The notes under the pieces were generated by a model. It worked only from the letters and a program-made list of their open reading frames with translations, was not told the DNA's origin and searched no databases. Source: Acholeplasma laidlawii PG-8A (GTDB lineage Bacteria; Bacillota_I; Bacilli_A; Acholeplasmatales; Acholeplasmataceae). From it: DNA of 32,000 bases. Below are positions 19,237 through 27,954 of the stretch, one piece after another. Made by a program: the position numbers and the translations under genes. Positions within the stretch are counted from its first letter, which is position 1; each line of letters opens with the position of its first letter. The stretch lies in the NCBI RefSeq assembly GCF_000018785.1, contig NC_010163.1, positions 270,001 to 302,000 of the forward strand, given 5' to 3'.

Positions 19237-20227
19237 TAGAATTACTGCTAATTTGGGCTTAGGTCAACTTTCATTAGTTGAAGCAGCAAAAGAACGTGGT
19301 AAAAATATAAGACGCGTTCGTAAATTTCAAAGTATCCTCATATCTGTTTTAAGAGCACTATTACTAGGTGGATTATGTTTTATTATTCTATATCCTGTAA
19401 TCCAACAAGTATTACTTGGACTTAGAGCACCAATAGATGCCAATGACCCTTCTGTAGTGTGGGTTCCAAAAAACTGGAGTTTTCAAAACTTTAGACTGGC
19501 AATGCTCGTATTGGATTACTGGAATGCACTATTAAATACATTTAAATTAAGTGCCATCTCAATGGTTTTGCAAGTAGCATCTACCGCACTTGCAGGTTAT
19601 GCATTCTCAAGACTAAAATTTAAAGGTAGCGAAATATTATTTATCTTTGTTATCTTAACTATTGTTATTCCACCACAAGCACTATCGCTAGCTCAATATC
19701 TATATTTTAGAGATTTAGGATTGATTGGTAGCGAAAACGCAATTTACCTAATGAGTGGCTTGGGTCAAGGGATTAGAAGTGGTATTTTCATTTATATCTT
19801 TAGAAGTTTCTTTAAAGGATTACCAAAAGAACTAGAAGAAGCTGCACAAGTAGACGGTGCATCAGTATTTAGAATTTTCTGGAATGTTATGTTGCCAAAC
19901 GCACGTGGTGCAATTATTACAGTAGGATTATTTGCGTTTGTATGGCAATGGAATGATACTTATTATGCGAGTATCTTCAACATTTCAACCGAGGCATTCC
20001 CGATACTTACAATGCGTTTAGTTAATGCTGCTGAAAACGTATATGCTGCACTCTTCTATTCAGGTGCACTAAGCTTAATTGGGCAAGACGTATGGTCTAA
20101 CCCGATGTTCTTAGCAACCATTTCAAACGTTGCAGCCTTACTCATGATGTTACCATTATTGGTTATGTACTTATTTGTACAAAAACAATTCGTTGAATCG
20201 ATAGAAAGAACAGGTATTGTCGGCTAA
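19229..20227 (+). CDS. Carbohydrate ABC transporter permease (MalG-type), second pair
   Basis: EAA loop LEEAAQVDGASVFRIFWNVMLPNARGAIIT, 8-bp overlap with the upstream gene. Confidence 0.9.
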   Translation: MNSRITANLGLGQLSLVEAAKERGKNIRRVRKFQSILISVLRALLLGGLCFIILYPVIQQVLLGLRAPIDANDPSVVWVPKNWSFQNFRLAMLVLDYWNALLNTFKLSAISMVLQVASTALAGYAFSRLKFKGSEILFIFVILTIVIPPQALSLAQYLYFRDLGLIGSENAIYLMSGLGQGIRSGIFIYIFRSFFKGLPKELEEAAQVDGASVFRIFWNVMLPNARGAIITVGLFAFVWQWNDTYYASIFNISTEAFPILTMRLVNAAENVYAALFYSGALSLIGQDVWSNPMFLATISNVAALLMMLPLLVMYLFVQKQFVESIERTGIVG

Positions 20228-20883
20228 TGAAAAAAGATAAAAAACAATATGATAAAACACTCTATCAAAAATTAAATATATTTGCAGATTGGGTTATTCG
20301 TTTGGTCGTGATCAATATCTTAATTATTGTTACTAGTTTACCTATTATTACCTTATATCCAGCATTACTTGCTGGATATAAGATGTTTCATAAATACTTA
20401 AATAAAGAAGAAGTGCCAATATTTAAATCATACTTCAAGTTCTTCACAGAAAATATTGCACAAAAATTAAAAATGGGTTTAATATTAGCAGCGGCTATAT
20501 TTGTTGGCGTGATCAATATCACAATCTACAATGACTTCTTAGAAGCAAATCCTTCACCATTTAACTTGGTTGGACAATATGTGATGGTTGTTATGGTATT
20601 AAGTGTCATCTTTGTTACGATGTATACTTTCCCATTAATGATTACATATCCAAACACCAATGTATGGTTAATGGTCAAATTTTCATTTTTCTTAAGTGGT
20701 AAATTTATTGTAAGAACAGGATTAGCAATTATTACACTATTTATCCCAATTGTATTACTAGTACATCCATTACTGACATTAATCTTAGTGTTTATTGGAA
20801 TGTCTACCATGGTATTACTATATGCACTTATCTTTAGCAAAGTTGTAACATATGTCGAAGGATTGGATGGAGAAAATGTTTAA
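20227..20883 (+). CDS. DUF624/YesL-like membrane protein
   Basis: KLNIFADWVIRLVVINILIIVTSLPIITLYPALLAGYKMFHK fits the YesL family, which often neighbours sugar ABC transporters. Confidence 0.75.
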   Translation: MKKDKKQYDKTLYQKLNIFADWVIRLVVINILIIVTSLPIITLYPALLAGYKMFHKYLNKEEVPIFKSYFKFFTENIAQKLKMGLILAAAIFVGVINITIYNDFLEANPSPFNLVGQYVMVVMVLSVIFVTMYTFPLMITYPNTNVWLMVKFSFFLSGKFIVRTGLAIITLFIPIVLLVHPLLTLILVFIGMSTMVLLYALIFSKVVTYVEGLDGENV

Positions 20884-22015
20884 ATTAGGTATAGATCGTA
20901 TTGATGAATTTCTACATTTATTTGAAAATAAACGTGTGGGTTTAATTACAAACCCAACAGGGGTTAACTCTAAATTAGAGTTAACAGCGGATATATTAAA
21001 TCGTAAAGTAAACTTAACGACACTCTTTGGTCCTGAACACGGTATACGTGGAGATGCAGAGGCTGGTGTTAAAGTAGAAAGTTATTTTGATAAAAAATTA
21101 AATATTGAAGTACACTCACTTTATGGACAAAATAGAAGACCGAATCAAGAAATGTTAAAAGATGTTGATGTATTAGTCTTTGATATGCAAGATGTAGGTG
21201 CTAGATTTTATACATACATCTACACGATGAGTCATGCGATGCAAGCTGCAAAGGAAAATAATATTCCATTTGTAGTGTTTGACAGACCTAACCCAGTAGG
21301 ACACAAGTTAGAAGGTAATATACTTGATTTAACTTATCGTTCTTTTGTTGGATATTATCCAATACTACAAAGATATGGTATGACTATTGGAGAACTAGCT
21401 TTATACTTTAATACCGAGCAAGGTATTGGCTGTGATTTAACAGTAGTACCAATGCAAGGCTATTCATATGATAAAGATTATACAGAATATGATATACCTT
21501 GGTTAGCACCAAGTCCAAATATTCCAACACTAGATAGTGCTCACATTTATTTAGCAACATGTGTATTTGAAGGTACTAATGTTAGTGAAGGTCGTGGCAC
21601 TACAAGGCCATTTAGTATGATTGGTGCACCGTTTATCGATGCAGATGATTTAGCCGCTAAAGTGGCTAAATTAAATACACCAGGTATCTTAGTTAGACCA
21701 GTTCATTTTATTCCGAACATGAGTAAACATGAAGGTGTAAATTGCTCTGGTATCGAAATATTTTTAAGAGATAAAAACGTATTTGAACCTGTTAAATTTG
21801 GTTATAAACTACTAGATATCATTCGTAAAGATTATAAAGAATTTGAATTTAGAGTGCCTTGGAGTGAAGGCGGTAAGCAAATGATTGATTTATTAACTGG
21901 TGATAATAAGTTAAAAACAAATGTTGATTTAGACCTCATTTTTGATGGGTTTAAACAGGATGAAAAAACTTTTGAGCAATCAATTAGGAGGTTTAAATTA
22001 TATGAAAAAATTTGA
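20867..22015 (+). CDS. namZ: Exo-beta-N-acetylmuramidase NamZ (DUF1343, YbbC family), apparently without a signal peptide
   Basis: KRVGLITNPTGV, LFGPEHGIRGDAEAG, DVLVFDMQDVGARFYTYIYTM, FDRPNPVG, FEGTNVSEGRGTTRPFSMIGAPFID. The track starts at 20852; ATG 20867 or 20876 are also possible. Confidence 0.88.
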   Translation: MEKMFKLGIDRIDEFLHLFENKRVGLITNPTGVNSKLELTADILNRKVNLTTLFGPEHGIRGDAEAGVKVESYFDKKLNIEVHSLYGQNRRPNQEMLKDVDVLVFDMQDVGARFYTYIYTMSHAMQAAKENNIPFVVFDRPNPVGHKLEGNILDLTYRSFVGYYPILQRYGMTIGELALYFNTEQGIGCDLTVVPMQGYSYDKDYTEYDIPWLAPSPNIPTLDSAHIYLATCVFEGTNVSEGRGTTRPFSMIGAPFIDADDLAAKVAKLNTPGILVRPVHFIPNMSKHEGVNCSGIEIFLRDKNVFEPVKFGYKLLDIIRKDYKEFEFRVPWSEGGKQMIDLLTGDNKLKTNVDLDLIFDGFKQDEKTFEQSIRRFKLYEKI

Positions 22016-23573
22016 CATTAATAAATTAACAACCCAAGAAAAAATTGGACAATTAATCGTTGCAGGCTTCCATGGTACAACTGTTGGACCAGAAATTGAA
22101 AATTTAATTAGAGAATATAAAGTAGGTAACATCCTATTATTCTCAAGAAATATTGAGTCTGCAGCACAATTATTTAAATTAAATCAAGATTTACAAAAAA
22201 TCGCGATGGAAACATTTGGTATTCCTTTATATATTACTATCGATCAAGAAGGTGGTATGGTTACACGAATTTTTGAAGATGGTACATTCTTCCCTGGTGC
22301 AATGACAATTGCAGCAACAAACAATGTTGAGTACGCATATAAAATAGGTGACTTAATGGGTAAAGAATTAATCGATCTTGGTATCAATATGGATTTAGCA
22401 CCTGTACTTGATGTGAATAATAACCCTAAAAACCCAGTCATTGGTGTAAGAAGTTTTTCGGATGATCCAGATAAAGTAGCTTTATTTGGTAATGCAAACA
22501 TTAGAGGTTTACAAAACCACGTTGTTGCAACCGCTAAACACTTCCCAGGTCACGGTGATACACATGTGGACTCACACTTAGCATTACCAAAAGTTGAAAA
22601 ACCATTAAATGAATTAGAAAAATTTGAATTCAAACCATTTAAAGCGGCAATCAATGATGGACTACATGCAATTATGTCAGCACACATTAACTTTACACAT
22701 CTAACTGAAGATGGATTACCAGTGACATTATCTAAACGTGCATTAACAGGTTTACTACGTGAAGAAATGGGCTTTGAAGGTTTAATTATTACAGATGGTA
22801 TCGAAATGAAAGCTATCCATGATAATTATGGCACCATCGAAGCGACATTAAAAACAGTAAACGCTGGTGCAAACTTGGTATGTATCTGTCATGATTTACC
22901 TTACCAAATTGGTGCTTCTGATCGCTTTAATAAAGCATTAGAAACAGGTGAGTTAACTATGGATACACTAAATGAGCGTGTAGCACGTATCTTAACATAC
23001 AAAGAGAAATTAAATGTAGACTTAACACGTACTTATGAAGATGTTAAAGAAAATGTAGAATCTATAGAATCTAAGGCTTTTGCTAGACAAGTTGTAGAAG
23101 AAGCAGTGACCTTAATTAAGGGTGAAACTTTCAAACAACATGGTAAAACTTTAGTTATTTCTACAAACCCTCAAGCAACTTCGATTGCTGATGAAGATTC
23201 ACATAATTCTAAATTAGGACGTCGCATTAGAGAAGCATTTGCAAACTTTGAAGTGATTGAAACTAAAGTTAAACCAACTGAAGTTGAAATTGCTGACATC
23301 GTTTCAATAGCAAGCGCATTTGATCAAATCGTTTATACATCATATAACGGTAATGTCTATCAAACACAAATCCAATTAATTGATGCATTAAGCGCATTAA
23401 ATAAGGATTTACATGTCTTAGCACTTAGAAATCCATATGATTTATATTACACAAAAAATATTAAAAACTATGTTGCCTTTTATGAGTACACACCAAACTC
23501 AATCGAAGCAGTTGTTAAATACTTAAAAGGTCAATTAAAACCACAAGGAGTTTCACCGATACGTTATGAATAA
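22002..23573 (+). CDS. nagZ: GH3 beta-N-acetylglucosaminidase NagZ, apparently cytoplasmic
   Basis: KHFPGHGDTHVDSHLALP (His-Asp loop) and LIITDGIEMKAI (nucleophile region). RBS TAGGAGG at 21985-21991 supports ATG 22002 rather than 21942. Confidence 0.9.
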   Translation: MKKFDINKLTTQEKIGQLIVAGFHGTTVGPEIENLIREYKVGNILLFSRNIESAAQLFKLNQDLQKIAMETFGIPLYITIDQEGGMVTRIFEDGTFFPGAMTIAATNNVEYAYKIGDLMGKELIDLGINMDLAPVLDVNNNPKNPVIGVRSFSDDPDKVALFGNANIRGLQNHVVATAKHFPGHGDTHVDSHLALPKVEKPLNELEKFEFKPFKAAINDGLHAIMSAHINFTHLTEDGLPVTLSKRALTGLLREEMGFEGLIITDGIEMKAIHDNYGTIEATLKTVNAGANLVCICHDLPYQIGASDRFNKALETGELTMDTLNERVARILTYKEKLNVDLTRTYEDVKENVESIESKAFARQVVEEAVTLIKGETFKQHGKTLVISTNPQATSIADEDSHNSKLGRRIREAFANFEVIETKVKPTEVEIADIVSIASAFDQIVYTSYNGNVYQTQIQLIDALSALNKDLHVLALRNPYDLYYTKNIKNYVAFYEYTPNSIEAVVKYLKGQLKPQGVSPIRYE

Positions 23574-24453
23574 AATCATTAGCATTGACGGTGGAGGCAC
23601 TAAAACCCTGGGTGTGTTATATAACACATCTGGCGATGAACTTAAACGTACAACTAAAGGATCAAGTAACTTTGCTGTAAGTGTTGATGATGCATATCAA
23701 TCACTTAAAGGCGTCATTGATGAACTAATATCAGAAGACGTAAAAAGCATTCAAATTGGTCTTTCAGGGTTTAGTATGATACCGAATCTAGATAACTTAA
23801 TCAAGTCATTAGAAGACTTATATCATACGCATGTGTATATCTACCCCGATGCATACTTAGGACTTTATTCAGCGTATGATCCTTTATTACCACTTATTTA
23901 TGTAGTAGGTGGCACTGGTAGTATAGTATATAGTTTAGTTGATAATGAATTTAATAGATATGGCGGATATGGTCACCTATTTGGTGACCCCGGCTCCGCT
24001 TATGGATTTGTAATGGATGTCTTTCTAGATTGTCTTAAAAAATTAGATAATCAAAAAAGATTAAATAAAGTACAAGCTGATTTATTAAAACATTTAAATC
24101 TAAGAACTAATCAAGAACTGATCGGTTATGCACATAAAGTTAAAAAGCAAGAAATTGCTGGACTAGCAAGATTTATTACAAGCTATACACATACATATGT
24201 TGATCAAAAGATCAAAAAACAAGCAATGATTATTGCTAAAAGTATTGAACAAGTTGCAAAGGCACAACGCATTCAAAATAATTTCCTACTTGCACTAAGA
24301 GGTGGATTCTTAGAATCAGCGCCAAACTTAAAAGAAGAAGTATTAAATTATTTAAACAAAAAAGAAATCAAGTATATATTAAATAGGGATATTAAAGAAG
24401 CGGTTTACGGCGGTTATATGCTCTCTAAGTTATCCAAAGGAAAGGAATTTTAA
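23566..24453 (+). CDS. BadF/BadG/BcrA/BcrD-type GlcNAc/MurNAc kinase (NagK/MurK-like)
   Basis: ISIDGGGTKTLGVLYN, VYIYPDAYLGLYSAY, YVVGGTGSIVYS, YGHLFGDPGSAYGF. Directly upstream of murQ. Confidence 0.85.
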   Translation: MNKIISIDGGGTKTLGVLYNTSGDELKRTTKGSSNFAVSVDDAYQSLKGVIDELISEDVKSIQIGLSGFSMIPNLDNLIKSLEDLYHTHVYIYPDAYLGLYSAYDPLLPLIYVVGGTGSIVYSLVDNEFNRYGGYGHLFGDPGSAYGFVMDVFLDCLKKLDNQKRLNKVQADLLKHLNLRTNQELIGYAHKVKKQEIAGLARFITSYTHTYVDQKIKKQAMIIAKSIEQVAKAQRIQNNFLLALRGGFLESAPNLKEEVLNYLNKKEIKYILNRDIKEAVYGGYMLSKLSKGKEF

Positions 24454-24454
24454 A

Positions 24455-25369
24455 ATGGTAGATATTAAATCCATTACAACTGAACAACGCAATAAATTAA
24501 CTAAAAATTTAGATGTTAGTTCAACAACAGAAATACTAAAAATGTTTAATAATGAGGACAAAAATGTACCTTTAGCTGTAGAAAAAGTACTTGATAAGAT
24601 TGCTTTAACAGTAGATGAAGTTACTAAACGACTTGCAGAAGGCGGTAGACTATTTTACATTGGTGCAGGAACGTCCGGCAGATTAGGTGTTTTAGATGCC
24701 TCTGAATGTGTTCCAACCTTTGGTGTTTCTGAAAACTTGGTCATCGGTATTATTGCAGGTGGCGATAGAGCATTAAGAATCGCTGTTGAAGGCGCTGAAG
24801 ATGATGAAGTAGCAGGTGTTAATGACCTTAAAGCTTATAACTTTAATGAAAAAGACTTTGTTGTAGGTTTAACTGCAAGTGGTCGTACACCATATGTTAT
24901 GGCAGCTATGAAATATGCGCGTAGTATTGGTGCTAAGGCAGCAGGTATTACAACATCTCATAATGCACCATTATCTCAAGTAGTAGATTTTCCAATTGAG
25001 GCAGTAACAGGTGCTGAACCGTTAACAGGTTCTACACGTATGAAATCAGGAACTGCTCAAAAACTAATTTTAAATATGATATCCACAGCAACCATGGTAA
25101 AACTAGGTAAAGTCTATGAAAACTTAATGATCGATATTCAAATGAGTAACGATAAATTAGTTTCACGTGCAGTAGGTATTGTTGTAGAAGTTACAGGTGT
25201 TGATCATGATGTTGCAAAAGTTTACATTGATAAATTTAAATCTGTAAAACACGCAATATTCGCAATCATCTCAAAATTAGATAATATTGAAGAAATTAAC
25301 GAAGTATTAAATAAATACAATGGTAACATTAGAGAAGCATTGAAACATTCTATATCATTTGGAGGATAA
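24455..25369 (+). CDS. murQ: N-acetylmuramic acid 6-phosphate etherase
   Basis: [66 protein letters not shown]-type signature. Confidence 0.96.
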   Translation: [304 protein letters not shown]

Positions 25370-25373
25370 ATTT

Positions 25374-25838
25374 ATGAAAGATATGTTGGTTCATTTATAT
25401 AATTTAGACTTTGCGGACAAAATGCCAAGCAAAGACGTTAGAATCGTACGCGTACTATCACCAAACAGTGATAAAGTTATCGCATTTGTAGAGGCTCACT
25501 TTTCAAAGGGTTGGGCAGCTGAAGTTAAAGCGGCTGTATACAGAAGTCAACCAACATGTTTTGTTGCATTACATGAAAACAAAATCGTAGGTTTTGCTGC
25601 TTATGATGCAACAGCTAAAGGCTACTTTGGTCCAATTGGTGTAGACCAAACCTTAAGAGGAAAAAATATAGGAAAGGCATTAATCTTACACACATTAGAA
25701 GCAATGTATCATGATGGCTATGGTTATGCTATTATTGGTGGCGCTGGTGATAACGTATTTGAGTTTTATAGAAAAACTGTTCAAGCTTATGACATTGAAA
25801 AACCAGGTAATGTGTACGATAGATTAATCAGAGGTTAA
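25374..25838 (+). CDS. GNAT-family N-acetyltransferase
   Basis: [26 protein letters not shown] acetyl-CoA binding motif. ATG 25374 preceded by GGAGG (25361-25365), preferred over TTG 25359. Confidence 0.8.
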   Translation: MKDMLVHLYNLDFADKMPSKDVRIVRVLSPNSDKVIAFVEAHFSKGWAAEVKAAVYRSQPTCFVALHENKIVGFAAYDATAKGYFGPIGVDQTLRGKNIGKALILHTLEAMYHDGYGYAIIGGAGDNVFEFYRKTVQAYDIEKPGNVYDRLIRG

Positions 25839-25842
25839 CGAA

Positions 25843-26565
25843 TTGAAAATAAACGTATTTGAGACAAAAGAAGAATTATATAGAGCAGTAGCTGATTTTT
25901 ATATTAAGGCAATCAATGAAAAACCAAATATGACATTAGGTTTAGCAACAGGTACAACACCGATTCCTTTATACCAAAATCTGATCAAAGCATATCAAGA
26001 TAAATTAGTATCATTCAAAGATATTACAACATTTAACTTAGATGAATATATTGGGTTACCTAAAACACATAAAGAATCATACTTTAGTTTTATGAGAAAT
26101 CAATTATTTAATCATGTAGATATTAATTTAGATAATACACATATTCCAAGTGGTGTATTAGAGCCTAGTGAAGCAATAAAAGAGTTTCAAACTGCTTTAG
26201 ATGCTCATCAGATAGACATCCAATTATTAGGCTTAGGATCTAACGGACATATCGGTTTTAATGAACCAGGTACATCATTTGAATCTACAACGCATAAAAC
26301 ACAACTTGCATTATCAACTATTCAAGATAACTCAAGAATGTTTGATTCTATTGATGAGGTTCCAACTGAATCAATTACAATGGGTATTAAAGATATTATG
26401 CGTGCATCTAAAATCGTTATGATAGCAACAGGTGCTCAAAAAGCTGATGCTGTTTACAAAATGATTCAAGGTCCAGTAGATGAAAGTCTACCAGCATCAA
26501 TTTTACAAAAACATGATGATGTAGTTATCTTCCTAGATAAAGACGCAGCATCGTTATTAAAATAG
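25843..26565 (+). CDS. nagB: Glucosamine-6-phosphate deaminase
   Basis: [61 protein letters not shown]. Apparent TTG start. Confidence 0.95.
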
Positions 26566-26582
26566 AAAGCAGGTAAGAAATC

Positions 26583-27941
26583 ATGGCATTAAAAAATAAA
26601 TTAAAATTAGACCCAACATATGAACCAGCAATTATTTACTTTAATGAATTTAAAGAAGAAGTAAAGAAGTCAAATAACTTTGAACCACTAACTGTAGTTG
26701 TTGAACGTATGGATGGCTTTAACGAAAGTTATACAGCAAACATATTTAAAGATCCTAGCAAATTAGAAAAGAATATTTTCTTTGCTGATCGTTTAGTGAA
26801 AACACTACTTTGGTTATATGGTGGTTATAAAGTAACTATCGTTGGTAATAAAGATGTATATGAGTCTATTAAAAAGACTTATCTAGAAGGTGAGAGACTA
26901 TTTGATTCTAAGTTTATGAGCCGTATTTATGGAAAACCATTTGAAGTAGTTCACGCGGATGAAGTACCAAAACTGGTTAAAGGCGACAGCCCAATTGGAA
27001 AACACTTAAAAGGTAATAGAATTGGATTTGACGCTGGTGGATCGGATATGAAAGTTTCTGCAGTAGTTGATGGTGTTCCAGTATTTAGTACAGAAGTCGT
27101 ATGGTTTCCAAAATTAAATAGTGATCCAAACTACCACAAAGAAAACATTCGTAAAGTGATTCAACTAGCAGTTGAACAACTTCCGAGTGTTGATGCCCTT
27201 GGGGTATCAAGTGCTGGTGTATATATTCACAATGAAGCTAGAGTAGCAAGTTTATTTATAGAAGTACCTGATGAATTATTTGATGAACATATTACAAACA
27301 TCTATAAAGATATTGCTAAAGAATTAAATGTACCTTTAGAAGTCGCAAACGATGGTGATGTGACAGCCTTAGCAGGATCTATGAGTTTAGGTAAAAACAA
27401 ACTATTAGGTATTGCTATGGGTACAAGTGAAGCAGTTGGTTATATTAATGCAGAAGGTAACGTTACAGGTTGGTTAAATGAATTAGCCTTTGTACCAGTA
27501 GACTTCCAAAAAAATGGTCCAATTGATGAGTGGAGTTTAGACATGGGCACTGGTAATAAGTACTTTAGTCAAGACGCAGTCATTCGCTTAGCTGAAACTT
27601 CAGGGATTACATTCCCAGAAGATATGCCATTAGCTGAACGTCTAAAAGTTGTTCAAAATTTAGATGAAAACAGTGAAACATATCAAGAAATATATAAGAC
27701 AATTGGTACATACTTAGGTTATACACTAGCATATTATGAAGAATTTTATGATATTGAAGAAGTCTTATTATTAGGTCGTGTTACATCTGGTCTAGGTGGT
27801 CAAATCATCGTAGATGTAGCAACAAAAACATTAAAAGAAAACTTTGAACATTTAAGTAAAAAGATTAATATCTCACTTCCAGATGAAAAAGCACGTCGTG
27901 TTGGACAATCTGTGGCAGCTGCAAGCTTAGTGAAACTATAA
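26583..27941 (+). CDS. ROK-like sugar kinase/ASKHA-fold protein with a long N-terminal extension
   Basis: NRIGFDAGGSDMKVSAVVDG (phosphate 1-like), LGVSSAG, EVANDGDVTALAG, GIAMGTSEAVGYI. About 140 residues precede the ASKHA core. Confidence 0.7.
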   Translation: MALKNKLKLDPTYEPAIIYFNEFKEEVKKSNNFEPLTVVVERMDGFNESYTANIFKDPSKLEKNIFFADRLVKTLLWLYGGYKVTIVGNKDVYESIKKTYLEGERLFDSKFMSRIYGKPFEVVHADEVPKLVKGDSPIGKHLKGNRIGFDAGGSDMKVSAVVDGVPVFSTEVVWFPKLNSDPNYHKENIRKVIQLAVEQLPSVDALGVSSAGVYIHNEARVASLFIEVPDELFDEHITNIYKDIAKELNVPLEVANDGDVTALAGSMSLGKNKLLGIAMGTSEAVGYINAEGNVTGWLNELAFVPVDFQKNGPIDEWSLDMGTGNKYFSQDAVIRLAETSGITFPEDMPLAERLKVVQNLDENSETYQEIYKTIGTYLGYTLAYYEEFYDIEEVLLLGRVTSGLGGQIIVDVATKTLKENFEHLSKKINISLPDEKARRVGQSVAAASLVKL

Positions 27942-27954
27942 GAAGGTAAAAAAA

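Noticed and set aside
21942-22001. Upstream start for nagZ given in the track
   Set aside because: It overlaps the end of namZ and lacks an RBS, while ATG 22002 has TAGGAGG at good spacing.
20526-22501. Minus-strand ORFs at 20526-20840 and 22244-22501
   Set aside because: Antisense to DUF624 and nagZ coding sequence with no independent support.
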